DNA from: an uncultured delta proteobacterium
Lineage (GTDB): Bacteria > Desulfobacterota > Binatia > Bin18
NCBI GenBank assembly: GCA_963733195.1
Contig: CAVTCR010000057.1
Location: 2,589 to 66,588 of the forward strand
Direction of reading: 5' to 3'
DNA length: 64,000 nt
The notes under the pieces are model-generated. The model saw only the letters and a list, made by a program, of their open reading frames with translations. It did not search any database and was not told the origin of the DNA. Positions within the stretch are counted from its first letter, which is position 1. Each line of letters starts with the position of its first letter. Shown one piece after another: positions 9,342 through 19,659 of this stretch. The position numbers were made by a program, and so were the translations under genes.

Positions 9342-11769
9342 ATGCCCACACACACCACGTCGGGTGGCATGGAACGCAAACTGGCCGCCATCTTTAGCAC
9401 GGATGTCGCAGGCTACAGCCGCCTCATGGGCGACGATGAAGAAGCAACCATCCGCACCCTCACAGCCTATCGCGACTGTGATCTCCTCCCTCATCCAGCA
9501 CATCGTGGCCGAGTGGTCGATTCCCCGGTGATAATCTGCTGGCCGAGTTCGCCAGTGTGGTCGATGCCGTGCGCTGCGCGGTCGAAATCCAACACGCACT
9601 CAAAGTGAAGAATGCCGAGTTGCCTGAACATCGGCAAGATGCAGTTTCGCATCGGCATCAACCTGGGCGATGTGATCGTCGAAGGCGAGCGGCTCTACGG
9701 CGATGGGGTCAACATCGCCGCGCGACTGGAAAGCTTAGCGATCCCGGCGGTATCTGTATCTCTGGGACGGTCTACGACCATGTCGAGAACAAACTTGCGC
9801 TGAACTACGAGTATCAGGGCGAGCAGACGGTCAAGAACATCGCCAAGCCGGTGCGAACGTATCGGGTAGTGATGGATGAAGCCGCAGCGGCCCTGGCCGA
9901 GCAAGCCGTGCTTCGACAAGCTCAGCACCGTAGCCCAGATGAAGCGCAGCGGAATCTCGGAAACACACCGGGTCCTGGATTGCGCTCCGCTCCATCCAGG
10001 CTACTTCCTGTGCCCGCGATGGGACATGTGGCAGGGCTGCTGCTCATCGCGGCAGCAATCGTAACCGTATGGTATATTTCTCGTTCCCCACTCAGTCCTC
10101 AGTCCTCAGCACTCAGTCCTGACGCCGCGCCAGCGGCGCTGCCGCTCCCCGACAAACCCTCCATCGTCGTCCTGCCCTTCGACAACATGAGTAAAGATCC
10201 CGCGCAGGACTACTTCAGCAACGGTATCACCGAAGTGCTCACCTCTGACCTCTCCCGCATCTCCAGCCTCTTCGTCATCGCCCGCAACACGGCCTTCACG
10301 TACCAGGGGAAAGCGGTGAATATCCAAGCCGTGGGGAAAGAACTGGGCGTACGGTACGTCCTGGAAGGCAGCGTCCAGAAGGCGGGGGAGCAAATCCGGA
10401 TCGTGACCCAGTTAATTGATACCACGACCGGCGGGCACCTGTGGTCGCAGCGCTACGACCGTCCGCTGCAAGACCTCTTCGCGCTCCAAGATGAGATCGT
10501 GCAGAAGATCGTGACCACGCTGAAGCTGCAGCTCACGTTGCAAGAGCAAGGGTACGTCGTGCGCAAACACACCGACAACCTGGAGGCCTACGATGCCTTC
10601 TTGCGCGGGCTGGAGTATCATTTACCGCTTCACGAAAGAGGCCAATGCCCAGGCGACGGCAGCTGTTTGAGAAAGCCATTGCGCTGGACCCACAGTATGC
10701 GGAGGCGTACGCGTTGCTGGGTTAGACCTACTGGATAGAGTGGGTCTTTCGCTGGAGCGCGGACCCCCAGACCATGGAGCGTGCGTTGGCGCTCGCGCAA
10801 CAGGCTCTTGCCCTGAATGATTCCCTGCCGACAGCCCATTCGCTCTTGAGCATCGTCTATGCCCAGAAACAGCAGTATGACCAAGCTATAGCCGAGGGCG
10901 AACGGGCGGTCGCTCTCGATCCCAACTATGCGGACAGCTATGCCGTACAGGCGGAGGTGCTGAACTTCGCGGGCCGGCCAGAGGAGGCTCTGCAGTCAGT
11001 GGAGCAGGCGATGCGGCTCAACCCCCGCTGTCCACCCTGGTACTTATACTAGGTTGGGCTTGGCCTACCGCATGACCGGGCGGTATGCCGAGGCGATCGC
11101 CACGCTGAAGGAAGTCATCAGCCGGGACCCCAATTTTATCTATGCCCACCTTCAGCTGGCTGGCAGCTACCTATGGCAGTGGATCGCTCAACAGAGCCCA
11201 GCTGCCCAGACGTTGGAGCCGGCAGTGGCGGCGGGGCAACGGGCCCTGGCCCTCAATGACTCCCTCCACTGGAACCACATAGTCTTGGGCTCTATCTATC
11301 TCTACCAACAGCAGTATGACCAGGCCCTGGCGGAGATGGAGCGGGCCGTGGCCCTCGCTCCTACTGAGGCGGGGAGCTATGCGGCTCTGGCGGAGGTGCT
11401 GAGCTATATGGGCAGGACGGAGGACGCCCTGGAGGCCGCCGCACAGGCGCTGCGCCTGAAGCCCATTATTGTGGACGCCCACTTAGACAGCGTCGGCGCT
11501 GCCTATGCCGTGGCCGGGCGGCCACGAAGAGGCGACTTGCCCCCTTGCAGCGTTATATCAGCCGCTATCCCAACATACTGCGCTGCCCATCTCATGCTGG
11601 CAGCGGTCTACAGCGAGTTAGGCAAAGAGCCGAGGCGCGAGCCGAGGTCGCAGAAGTGCTGCGGCTCAATCCTAAGTTCTCACTGGAGGTTCACAAGAGA
11701 GAATGCCGATCAAAGATCCAGCGGTGTTGGAGCGGCATATTGCGGCGTTGCGCAAGGCAGGACTCAAAT
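9342..11769 (+). pseudogene. Cyclase family paralog 1: class III nucleotidyl cyclase - TM - TolB-N-like periplasmic region - TPR; multiple frameshifts
   Basis: ORFs 9198..9608, 9557..10738, 10774..11052 and 11054..11815 are in different frames. Motifs: MERKLAAIFSTDVAGYSRLMGDDEEATIRTL; LPLPDKPSIVVLPFDNMS...YFSNGITE...RYVLEGSVQKAGEQIRIVTQLIDTTTGGHLWSQRYDRPL; TPR repeats. Ends at the conserved ...RKAGLK stop. Confidence 0.7.
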
Positions 11770-11770
11770 A

Positions 11771-11990
11771 ATGGAGAGTGGAGAATTGAAAATTAAGAAT
11801 GGGGAAACAAGCTGAAGGCTGAAGGCTGGAGGGGGAAATGAAGAGAGATGAAGGGAAAACGAAGAATTAAAAGTGATAAAGAATGAATGCGGAATGATGA
11901 ATACATTAGTAGTCAGTAGGCTCAGAATGCTGAATTATGAATGCAGAATGATGAGTGAAAGAAAAACTCGTGATCTTCCATTCATCGTTC
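11771..11990. repeat. GA-rich repeat block with an internal inverted copy (hairpin-capable)
   Basis: GAATGAATGCGGAATGATGAATAC ... TTCCATTCATCGTTCATCATT are inverted partners. GGCTGAAGGCTGGAGG units are also present. Confidence 0.5.
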
Positions 11991-12093
11991 ATCATTTATC
12001 GTTCAGCGTTTTTTGCCATGCTGGCTACTGTGTTCTCATTACGTTTTACGGCTCCGTTAGCCCTTAGCGCTCAGTTATGAGAGGCAGGAGAGA

Positions 12094-13884
12094 ATGGAAG
12101 AGCGTGTACTGCGGATCAGCTACGGAGTTCTCGTCAGACCCGTGGCCGGTTTTTTCTTGTTGGGCGTTCTTGGGTGGAGTGAACCACTATGGGTTGGCGC
12201 AGAAACCCGGCACGAGCAGTTGCCTGCTTACACCATTGCTTTTTCCTCGCTAGCCCCCTGGGACCTAGACGTGTTCATAGCCAACGCAGACGGCTCCGAA
12301 CCCCAGCCGCTCGCGTCACATCCAGACCTCGACTATAACGCTGCCTTCTCACCGGACGGACAGTGGATCGTCTTTACCTCGCACCGTGACGGTAATGCGG
12401 ACCTGTATCGGGTTCACCCCGACGGTAGCGACCTCCAGCGGCTCACGGATCATCCGGCCTTTGATGATGCCGCTGCCTTCTCCTCTGATGGGAACAGGAT
12501 CGCGTTTGTCTCCAGCCGCTCGGGGCAGGCTGACCTCTGGGTGCTGGAGGTAGAGGGTGGGAAAATCTGGAACGTCACTAACGCGCGAGGCGGAGACTTT
12601 CGTCCCGCCTGGTCTCCAGATGGTCAATGGCTCGCCTTCTCTTCCAACCGTGGCTCATCCTGGGATCAGAGCGAGATTTATATCATTCGACCCGATGGAA
12701 CCGAGCTGCGCCGCTTAACTGTTGCGCCTGGCTGGGACGGGAGTCCCATCTGGTCACCAGATGGTGCACGGGTGGCGTATTATTCTGAGCAGGACGGGAA
12801 TGCACAGATCTTTACGGTGGGGATCGAGAACGAGGCTTCTCCCCGAAGAGTAACAAAGAGTTCTTTTCCTACGCTCTCGCCGTACTGGATAGCGAAGGGA
12901 CGGCTGTGCTTTTCCCGCGCAGGGAGCGAGGGCGCACTTGGCTGTGTCGATCCTGATCAGAAGGAAGAGAACGCCATACAGTTGACCACCCGAGGCGAAT
13001 TTCTCTCCCCCAAATGGTCTCGGGATGGAAAACACGTGGTGTTTCATCGTCCGATCAACCGTCCCGCGCCAACTGTCCGCGAGCGGCGCAGTCCGGTGCC
13101 CGAAGTTCGTCTCCTGCGCATCGAGGGCGTATTTCCCTCGTTTGCGCCGACTGGTGACACGTTGAGCTTCACCGCCAATTTCCGCTCCATCGAACGCATG
13201 CGGCGTGACGGATCGGACCGACATGAGGTCTACCGAGATCCCCAGAGCCCCGCGTTTTTCCCCGCCTGGTCCCCGGTGGGCGACGTGATTGCGTTCACCA
13301 GAGGGCGAGTGTTTGCGGGTGCCAGCACGGATAACGAACTGTATGTGGTGCGGTCCGATGGCGCCCACCCACGAAACATCACCCAACACCCGGCGAACGA
13401 CGCACTGCCCAGTTGGTCCCCTGATGGCCAACGGCTAGTCTTTCGTTCGACCCGCGACGGGGACAAGGAGTTGTATGTGATCGGCATCGACGGCTCAGGG
13501 CTGACCCGCCTAACCATCTCGCCGGGCACCGACACGTTTCCTCACTGGTCTCCTGTGGGCGACCGCATTGTCTTTGCCAGTGACCGCACTGGGGACTTTG
13601 AGATCTACACCATGCGGCCCGATGGTGGCGATGTCCGACAACTGACCCACTCACCAGGGTTCGATATGCATCCGGTGTGGTCACCTGATGGCAAGTGGAT
13701 CTGCTTCACCAGCATGCGTGGTGGCTTGAAAGACGAGCATCCTCTCACTGGCAATCCGCAACCGTATGGGGACCTCTATCTCATGCGACCGGACGGCTCA
13801 GAGGTACAGGCGCTCACTGACGACCAGTTTGAAGATGGCACACCCGGTTGGGCGTCGCTGCTGCACGTCCCTGCGGCAGACTGA
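12094..13884 (+). CDS. Secreted PD40/TolB-like beta-propeller repeat protein
   Basis: 596 aa. N-terminal hydrophobic signal/anchor, then many PD40-type repeats (SPDGQWIVFTSHRDGNADLY; SWSPDGQRLVFRSTRDG...). Confidence 0.8.
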   Translation: MEERVLRISYGVLVRPVAGFFLLGVLGWSEPLWVGAETRHEQLPAYTIAFSSLAPWDLDVFIANADGSEPQPLASHPDLDYNAAFSPDGQWIVFTSHRDGNADLYRVHPDGSDLQRLTDHPAFDDAAAFSSDGNRIAFVSSRSGQADLWVLEVEGGKIWNVTNARGGDFRPAWSPDGQWLAFSSNRGSSWDQSEIYIIRPDGTELRRLTVAPGWDGSPIWSPDGARVAYYSEQDGNAQIFTVGIENEASPRRVTKSSFPTLSPYWIAKGRLCFSRAGSEGALGCVDPDQKEENAIQLTTRGEFLSPKWSRDGKHVVFHRPINRPAPTVRERRSPVPEVRLLRIEGVFPSFAPTGDTLSFTANFRSIERMRRDGSDRHEVYRDPQSPAFFPAWSPVGDVIAFTRGRVFAGASTDNELYVVRSDGAHPRNITQHPANDALPSWSPDGQRLVFRSTRDGDKELYVIGIDGSGLTRLTISPGTDTFPHWSPVGDRIVFASDRTGDFEIYTMRPDGGDVRQLTHSPGFDMHPVWSPDGKWICFTSMRGGLKDEHPLTGNPQPYGDLYLMRPDGSEVQALTDDQFEDGTPGWASLLHVPAAD

Positions 13885-13894
13885 CGGAGGAATA

Positions 13895-13960
13895 GAAAGA
13901 TAGGCTAAAGGCTGAAGGGAAAGGAAATAAAGAAGGGAAAATGATGATAACTACTCAGCC
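13895..13960. repeat. GA-rich repeat copy
   Basis: GGCTAAAGGCTGAAGGGAAAGGAAATAAAGAAGGGAAAATGATGATAACTACTCAGCC. Same family as 8462-8545. Confidence 0.45.
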
Positions 13961-13993
13961 GCAGAGCGGCGAATGTAGGAAGACTGGCAGCAT

Positions 13994-14023
13994 TTGACAA
14001 ACACGAGGAGCCAGCAGGATAAT
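13994..14023 (+). promoter_or_regulatory. Orphan copy of the cyclase-family promoter (TTGACA-N18-GATAAT) with no gene behind it
   Basis: TTGACA 13994-13999, spacer ending CAGCAG, GATAAT 14018-14023, then ATCGCCGC as in the other copies. An inverted-repeat-flanked element follows immediately. Confidence 0.4.
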
Positions 14024-14042
14024 CGCCGCTGGGGAAGTAGGT

Positions 14043-14268
14043 GTCATTGCGAGTTGTCCATAGCGCTGACGCTAAGCCTTCAAGTAAAAACGGGACACAT
14101 GCTCGTCCCCAGGCTCTGCCTGGGGACGGAATGAGACGGAGTCTCCTGACTACTGCCGTTCCAGGCAGAGCCTGGGACGGAGGACTGAAGATTTGTTTCT
14201 GAGCAGCGCAGCGAAGCAATCTTTGCCGAAAAGAGATTGCTTCGTCGCCTGCGGCTCCTCGCAATGAC
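14043..14268. mobile_element. MITE-like composite element: 11-bp terminal inverted repeats enclosing a REP hairpin pair and a 12-bp-stem hairpin
   Basis: GTCATTGCGAG (14043-14053) and CTCGCAATGAC (14258-14268) are inverted repeats. Inside are REP hairpins at 14106-14126 and 14159-14178, plus GCGAAGCAATCT...AGATTGCTTCGC. Confidence 0.45.
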
Positions 14269-14373
14269 AGGCCCCTGCATCTTCGCATGAAGTCAGGTAG
14301 TTATTAGATTTCTGATCCTTATGGGGAGAATGAGGAAGCAACCCTTCGCAAGAGCTAAGCGACGAGGGCAGGG

Positions 14374-15420
14374 ATGTTACGGATTGCACAGATTACTAGT
14401 GTTTCGATCGCCGTGCCGCCTAGCACCCACGGCGGGACCGAACGCATGGTCTATCAACTCATCGAGGGCCTAGTACGGCGCGGCCATGCGGTCGAACTCT
14501 TTGCCTCTGGTGACTCACGGGTGTCCTGCCCGGTGCGCAGCGTGACACCGACAGCCCTTCTCGATCGCCCGGACTGGTCCACATACCTGGAGCGAGAATA
14601 TGAGGCCATGAACGCCTTTCAGCTTTTCCGCCAGGCCGAGCGCTTTGATCTGATCCACGGTCACTGGCCGTGCCTGGCCCCCTACTTTTCCCCCTTCACG
14701 CAGACCCCCATGATCCTTACCTACCACTACATTTCGCCCGAGTTGCTTGAGTTCTATGAAAGGAGCTTTCCGCGTTGTCGCGGCGTTTTTGTCAGTCACA
14801 CGCAGGCCGTCGGGCTCGACCGCCCGCATGGCCGGGTGATTCACAACGCCGTGCGTGGGGAAGATATCCCCTACGGGAGCGGCTCCGAGGACCGGCTGAT
14901 CGTTGTTGCCCGTATGGTGCCGCGCAAGGGCATCGCCGAGGCGATCCGTATTGCCCGTCATGCCGACAAACCGCTGCTAGTGATTGCGCCGGTTATGTAC
15001 AACCTGGCCGAGAGCCCAGTCTACTTTCGTGATGTGGTCGCACCATTAATCGACGGCAAAGAGGTCCGCTACATTCCAGCTCTGTCCAACGACCTCGCCT
15101 TGCGAGAGGTTGGACGTTCGCGAGCCTTTCTGTTTCCGTTGCAGTGGGAGGAGCCGTTTGGTCTCGCGGTGCTGGAGGCCATGGCGACTGGAACGCCGGT
15201 GATTACCTACCGACGCGGGGGTATGCTGGAGTTGGTGGAAGATGGGGTCACGGGGTTCCTGGTGAACAACGAAGACGAGATGATTGCAGCGATTCGTGAG
15301 GTCGGCAAAATTGATCGGCAACGCTGCCGCGAGCGCACCCTGGCCCGCTTCAGCGTCGAGCGCATGGTGAAGGCGTATGAGCAATTCTACTACGAAATTC
15401 TGGCTGACCACCGTACCTGA
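14374..15420 (+). CDS. GT4-family glycosyltransferase (group 1)
   Basis: 348 aa. C-terminal EPFGLAVLEAMATGTPVI...GGMLELVEDGVTGFLV is the GT-B/GT4 donor-binding signature. Confidence 0.85.
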   Translation: MLRIAQITSVSIAVPPSTHGGTERMVYQLIEGLVRRGHAVELFASGDSRVSCPVRSVTPTALLDRPDWSTYLEREYEAMNAFQLFRQAERFDLIHGHWPCLAPYFSPFTQTPMILTYHYISPELLEFYERSFPRCRGVFVSHTQAVGLDRPHGRVIHNAVRGEDIPYGSGSEDRLIVVARMVPRKGIAEAIRIARHADKPLLVIAPVMYNLAESPVYFRDVVAPLIDGKEVRYIPALSNDLALREVGRSRAFLFPLQWEEPFGLAVLEAMATGTPVITYRRGGMLELVEDGVTGFLVNNEDEMIAAIREVGKIDRQRCRERTLARFSVERMVKAYEQFYYEILADHRT

Positions 15421-16399
15421 AGTGCAGCCAGAATGGAATGAAGAGCGGTTTCGCCAGGCCTGTTCGTATTGGCAGAGCAGAATCCTGCTCACTGCTCTGC
15501 GCCTGGACCTCTTCACCGTGCTGGCGGATCAGGCCCTCGGCGCGGCAACCCTCGCCGCACGACTCGGCGCGGCAGAGCGGGGGCTCACCGCTCTGCTTGA
15601 CGCGTTGGTCGCCCTCGGGCTGCTGACAAAGCAGGACCACTGCTACGCGAATACCCCTTTTGCTCGCACTGCCCTGGATCGCACCAAGCCCTCTTTTTGC
15701 GGCTATACGCCGCTCTTCGACGCTCACTGCTGGGAGTTATGGAGTAAGCTGGAAGACACGGTTCGCGGGGGTTTCTGCCCGACTCACGACACCGTCTTTC
15801 ACGCGGACCCGGTCGGCACTGAGCTGCTGCTGCGCGGCTTACACACCGATGCGCTGCGCCTGGCTCCAGCCCTCGCCGCACGTCTTGACCTGGGACGGCA
15901 TCGACACATGCTCGACCTCGGCGGCGGCGCTGGTACGTATGCCATCACTTTTTGTCAGATTCAGCCGGAGCTGCACGCGGTGATTTTTGACCTGCCCGGG
16001 CCGTTGACCCTCGCCTCTCAGTTGGTTTCTGCTGCCGGGCTTACAGACCGCATTAGGCTGGTCGTGGGAGACTTCCGCACCGCTCCCCTGCCGCGCGGAT
16101 TTGACCTGGCGCTCCTCTCCAACATCCTGCACGGCCAGAGCGCGGAAACGAATCAACAGCTCCTGACTGCTGTCTTCGCGGCCCTGGAACCCGGGGGAGA
16201 GCTGGTCCTGCGCGACGTTCTCATGAACGAGGACTGCACCACTCCCGTGTTTGGCGCGCTCTTTGCGGTCAATCTGTTACTGCACAGCCCTGCGGGTCGC
16301 TGTTACACGTATAGCGAGGTCCATAGCTGGCTTACGGCGGCAGGTTTCCATAACCTGGAAGTGCTTGAGACCAACGCCGTTCTGCGAGCCTTCAAGTAG
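15377..16399 (+). CDS. Class I SAM-dependent O-methyltransferase (family 2, with N-terminal dimerisation domain)
   Basis: LDLGGGAGTYAI motif I, dimerisation-like N-terminus. The true start may be the in-frame GTG at 15422 immediately after the GT4 stop, which would avoid a 44-nt overlap. Confidence 0.8.
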   Translation: MSNSTTKFWLTTVPEVQPEWNEERFRQACSYWQSRILLTALRLDLFTVLADQALGAATLAARLGAAERGLTALLDALVALGLLTKQDHCYANTPFARTALDRTKPSFCGYTPLFDAHCWELWSKLEDTVRGGFCPTHDTVFHADPVGTELLLRGLHTDALRLAPALAARLDLGRHRHMLDLGGGAGTYAITFCQIQPELHAVIFDLPGPLTLASQLVSAAGLTDRIRLVVGDFRTAPLPRGFDLALLSNILHGQSAETNQQLLTAVFAALEPGGELVLRDVLMNEDCTTPVFGALFAVNLLLHSPAGRCYTYSEVHSWLTAAGFHNLEVLETNAVLRAFK

Positions 16400-16406
16400 G
16401 TGAGGT

Positions 16407-16730
16407 ATGGCACGTTTTGTGAAAGTCGCAAAAGTCGAGGAAATTCCTCCGGGGCAGGGCAAGCAGGTGATAGCGCACGAGAAGCCTATGGCCCTGTTTA
16501 ATGTTGACGGCGTCTTTTATGCCGTTAACCAGATCTGCCCGCATATGGGTGGTCCCCTGTCCGAGGGGACCCTCACCGGCACGGTTGTCCGCTGTCCCTG
16601 GCACGGCTGGACCTACTGTGTGGACACCGGCTTACCCGACCATCCTGGCGGACACTCGGTGGCGGCCTACGAGGTGCGGGTGGAGGGGGACGACATTTTG
16701 GTGGGCTGGCTGAAACGAGCTAGGCGATAG
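16407..16730 (+). CDS. Small Rieske [2Fe-2S] ferredoxin-like protein (NirD-like)
   Basis: 107 aa. CPHMGGPL ... CPWHGW Rieske ligands. Confidence 0.85.
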   Translation: MARFVKVAKVEEIPPGQGKQVIAHEKPMALFNVDGVFYAVNQICPHMGGPLSEGTLTGTVVRCPWHGWTYCVDTGLPDHPGGHSVAAYEVRVEGDDILVGWLKRARR

Positions 16731-16796
16731 GCTGTAGGCTACAGGCTATAGGGTTCTGAAGGCTGACAGCATATCACCTAACTTTGACCTTGTGGC

Positions 16797-16863
16797 TCAG
16801 GCTCTGCCTGGGCACGCACTGCCTGGTAGGTTCCGTTACTCTTGTGCCCAGGCAGAGCCTGGT
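16797..16863. repeat. REP hairpin pair (CTCAGGCTCTGCCTGGGCAC / GTGCCCAGGCAGAGCCTGG)
   Basis: Two imperfect palindromes in inverted orientation, about 30 nt apart. Same family as the RAYT-flanking REPs. Confidence 0.6.
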
Positions 16864-16931
16864 TATGCGGAAGACTCCATGCTAGAGCTATGAGCATGAG
16901 CGTAGCGACGAGCCATACGCCATCAAGCGAG

Positions 16932-17762
16932 CTATTTGCCAAAAGCGCCGACGCCGTAGGCAAAGCGCAGGAACAACGCGACAATCACACTCACAGCTGC
17001 GGCGCTCATCACTAACCAATCGCGCGCACGGAGCTGCAGAGGTACGAGATAGGTGCGTTCTGCACTGCCTGAGAAGGCTTTGCTCTGTAGCACGACTTCG
17101 AGCTGCTGCGACTTGATAAGTGCCCCTAAAATCAATGGCACCGCGATCCGTGCATACGCACGACCGCGGGTCCAAAAGCTTAATCTTTCTAGCGCCAAAC
17201 CCCGCAGGCGTTGGGCCTCAAGCAAAGCCGCAGCCTCGCTGAGCACCAGCGGTAGGAAGCGTAAGGCCGAGGAAAAGACGAAAGCCGCGGTGTACGGCAC
17301 TTTGAGCCGCACCAACCCGACTACCAGGGTATTGGGATCGGTGGTAAGAACAACCAGCGGTACGGTCAGGATGAGTGCGACAGTCCGGCAAATCACCACA
17401 AAGCCGTAAAGCAGTCCCTCGCTCGTCACGCGCAGCCGTCCGCCTACGAGCGGCACCCAGGCCGGGATCGGTCCGAGCAGGGTCGTACGTCCGACGACCT
17501 CGTTCAGCACCCCGTGCACAAGCAGAACGATCAGGAGAAACGGGGCCATGAGGAGCAGTAAACGTTTGAGATCTCGCCCGGCAAGCCGAGCTAATGGCCA
17601 CAGGAGCAGCACGACGCCGGCGAGCGCACCGCTGAGCACTGGACTCTCCCAGGAAAACGCCAAAACTACCGTGGCCGCGAGGATGGCGAGCTTGGCGCGG
17701 ACGTCGAGCGAGGAGAAAGGTGAGCGGAGCGTCATGCCGCCGAATTCGTTGACGGATAGCAT
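16932..17762 (-). CDS. ecfT: ECF transporter transmembrane T component (EcfT/CbiQ family)
   Basis: 276 aa polytopic membrane protein with an EcfT/CbiQ-like composition, directly downstream of two ABC ATPase genes. Confidence 0.75.
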   Translation of the reverse strand: MLSVNEFGGMTLRSPFSSLDVRAKLAILAATVVLAFSWESPVLSGALAGVVLLLWPLARLAGRDLKRLLLLMAPFLLIVLLVHGVLNEVVGRTTLLGPIPAWVPLVGGRLRVTSEGLLYGFVVICRTVALILTVPLVVLTTDPNTLVVGLVRLKVPYTAAFVFSSALRFLPLVLSEAAALLEAQRLRGLALERLSFWTRGRAYARIAVPLILGALIKSQQLEVVLQSKAFSGSAERTYLVPLQLRARDWLVMSAAAVSVIVALFLRFAYGVGAFGK

Positions 17763-17929
17763 ATGGCTTATAGCTTATAGCCCGCTCGCTACGCTCGCTC
17801 TATGGCGTATGGTTCATTCACTATGACTTACTCATAGAGTGAGCGAGTCGCTGCGCATCTGCTAGTAATAGCCGACATGCGATAAGTTGCATCTGACGCC
17901 ATGCTGACACGACTACTGACTACTGCATG

Positions 17930-18905
17930 CTATTTTCTTTTGATAGTGAAGCAGGCCGCCAGCTCTTCCACCGTGAGCGCGCGGCAGGGTTGCCCTTCCC
18001 AGGCGGTGATCGTTTGGGCCAGCTCGACGATCTGTGGCGCCTTGAGGTGCGTAGCGGCGAGAATCTCAGGTCGATAATAGGCTTCGGCAAGCGAAGCATC
18101 GAGCAGCACGCGGCCCTGGCCCAGCACCAGCACCCGTTCGGCAAAACCAGGCAGAAGATGGAGATGGTGCGTGATAGCGATCACTGTCTTCCCGGCTGTG
18201 TGGAGTTGACGCGTCAGTTCGAGAATGCGCATGGCGCCCTGGTAGTCTTGTCCAGTAGTCGGCTCATCGAAGATCAAGATTTCCGGCTCTCTAATCAAGG
18301 TCGCCGCAAGCACCACACGACCACGGTCACCTTTAGACAGGGCGAACGGGTGGAGGTCGCGTTGCCTGGTCAGATCCATCGCTGCCAGCGCATCGTCCAC
18401 CCGGCGGTGAACCTTGCTCGGCGGCAGTCCCGCCTGCTCCAAGGCAAAGCCGACTTCTGCGGCGACACTGAAGGTGAAAAGCTGTGTGTCCGGGTTCTGG
18501 GGCACAAAGCCAATCCGTTGCGATATGTCACCAACGGCGAGGTTTTCCAGACGACTTCCGTCGAGGGTCAGGATGACCGGCGCTCGGCCCCAGCAAACCG
18601 AGGAAGCTGCGCACGAGCGTGGTCTTGCCGGCGCCATTCTGCCCAACGATGGCGACATAGTCGCCCGCACGGATGTCGAGCGTGACACCAGCGAGCGCGC
18701 GGGTTCCGTCAGCATAGGTGTATGTGAGATCTTGGGTAGCAAGGCGCACGGCCCCACGACGGCTTGGTGTCGCGGTGACCGTCTGCGGATGGAAATCCAG
18801 GGAGTGGCGCACCGCTTCATACGTGGACAGCGCCCCTGGCAGAGTGACCGGGAGAGAGTCGAGCACAAGTCCGCGTTCCCGCAGGCAATGAAAAAATGCA
18901 GTCAC
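17930..18905 (-). pseudogene. ecfA: ECF transporter ATPase EcfA (second ATPase), frameshifted
   Basis: ORF 18528..18905 carries Walker A (GQNGAGKTTL). ORF 17930..18868 carries the ABC signature region, Walker B (ILIFDEPTTGQD) and H-loop. The two are in different frames. Confidence 0.65.
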
Positions 18906-18927
18906 TTGGGGCGGGCGTATGCGATGG

Positions 18928-19653
18928 TTAGTCAGGAATGTCGACGTCCTGAAAGAATTGGCGAGTTGGCGCCACGCGGATGAGCCGACCGTTGTCCAGC
19001 AACGCCACTCGGTCGGCGAACTCCGCGACCTCCTCGCTTTGATGGCTGGCCACGATAACGGTTATCCCCAACTCACGGTTGAGCGTGCGGATCAGGGCGA
19101 ATACCTCGGCCGCACCCACCGGATCGAGCTGCGAAGTTGGCTCGTCGAGGACCAGGAGCCGGGGTTTAAGGGCCAGGGCCGCGGCGATCGCGAGACGCTG
19201 CTTTTGCCCACCTGATAGTGCATGGGGGTGTTTCTTTTCCAGGCCCGCGAGCCCGACCGCCGGCAGAGCCTCGTCGATGCGCTTTCGTATCTCGGCGGTT
19301 TTGAGGCAGAGGTTTTCCAGGGCAAAGGCAACCTCGTGTTCGACCGACGTGGCCGTGAGCTGCATCTCCGGATCCTGAAAGACGATGCCCACCGTGCGAG
19401 CGAGGGTGCTGACCGGATGAGCAAGCGTATCCAGGCCGGCTACCCCCACGGTGCCGTACAGCTCTCCGCCAAAGAACTGCGGGACAATCCCCGTCAGAGC
19501 CAGACACAGCGTAGTTTTGCCTGCGCCGGTCGCTCCCATGAGCGCGAGACACTCCCCTTGTTCGACCGTGAAACTGACGTCACGCAGGGCCAGCGACGGC
19601 GCCCCAGGATAGCGGAAGGATAACCGATCAACATGGACAATCGGCTCAGCCAT
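18928..19653 (-). CDS. ecfA: ECF transporter ATPase EcfA (first ATPase)
   Basis: 241 aa. Walker A GATGAGKTTL, signature LSGGQKQRLAIA, Walker B LLVLDEPTSQLD. Confidence 0.85.
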   Translation of the reverse strand: MAEPIVHVDRLSFRYPGAPSLALRDVSFTVEQGECLALMGATGAGKTTLCLALTGIVPQFFGGELYGTVGVAGLDTLAHPVSTLARTVGIVFQDPEMQLTATSVEHEVAFALENLCLKTAEIRKRIDEALPAVGLAGLEKKHPHALSGGQKQRLAIAAALALKPRLLVLDEPTSQLDPVGAAEVFALIRTLNRELGITVIVASHQSEEVAEFADRVALLDNGRLIRVAPTRQFFQDVDIPD

Positions 19654-19659
19654 AACACA

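Noticed and set aside
10106-10884. Antisense ORFs such as 10106..10393(-), 10412..10621(-), 21414..21746(-), 29044..29346(-) within cyclase paralogs
   Set aside because: They are mirror-frame ORFs in GC-rich coding DNA and recur only because the paralogs are similar. They show no independent signals.
11873-12067. ORF 11873..12067(+) (MIKNECGMMNTLVV...)
   Set aside because: It is translated entirely from the GA-rich repeat and its inverted copy. It is repeat-derived, not a plausible protein.
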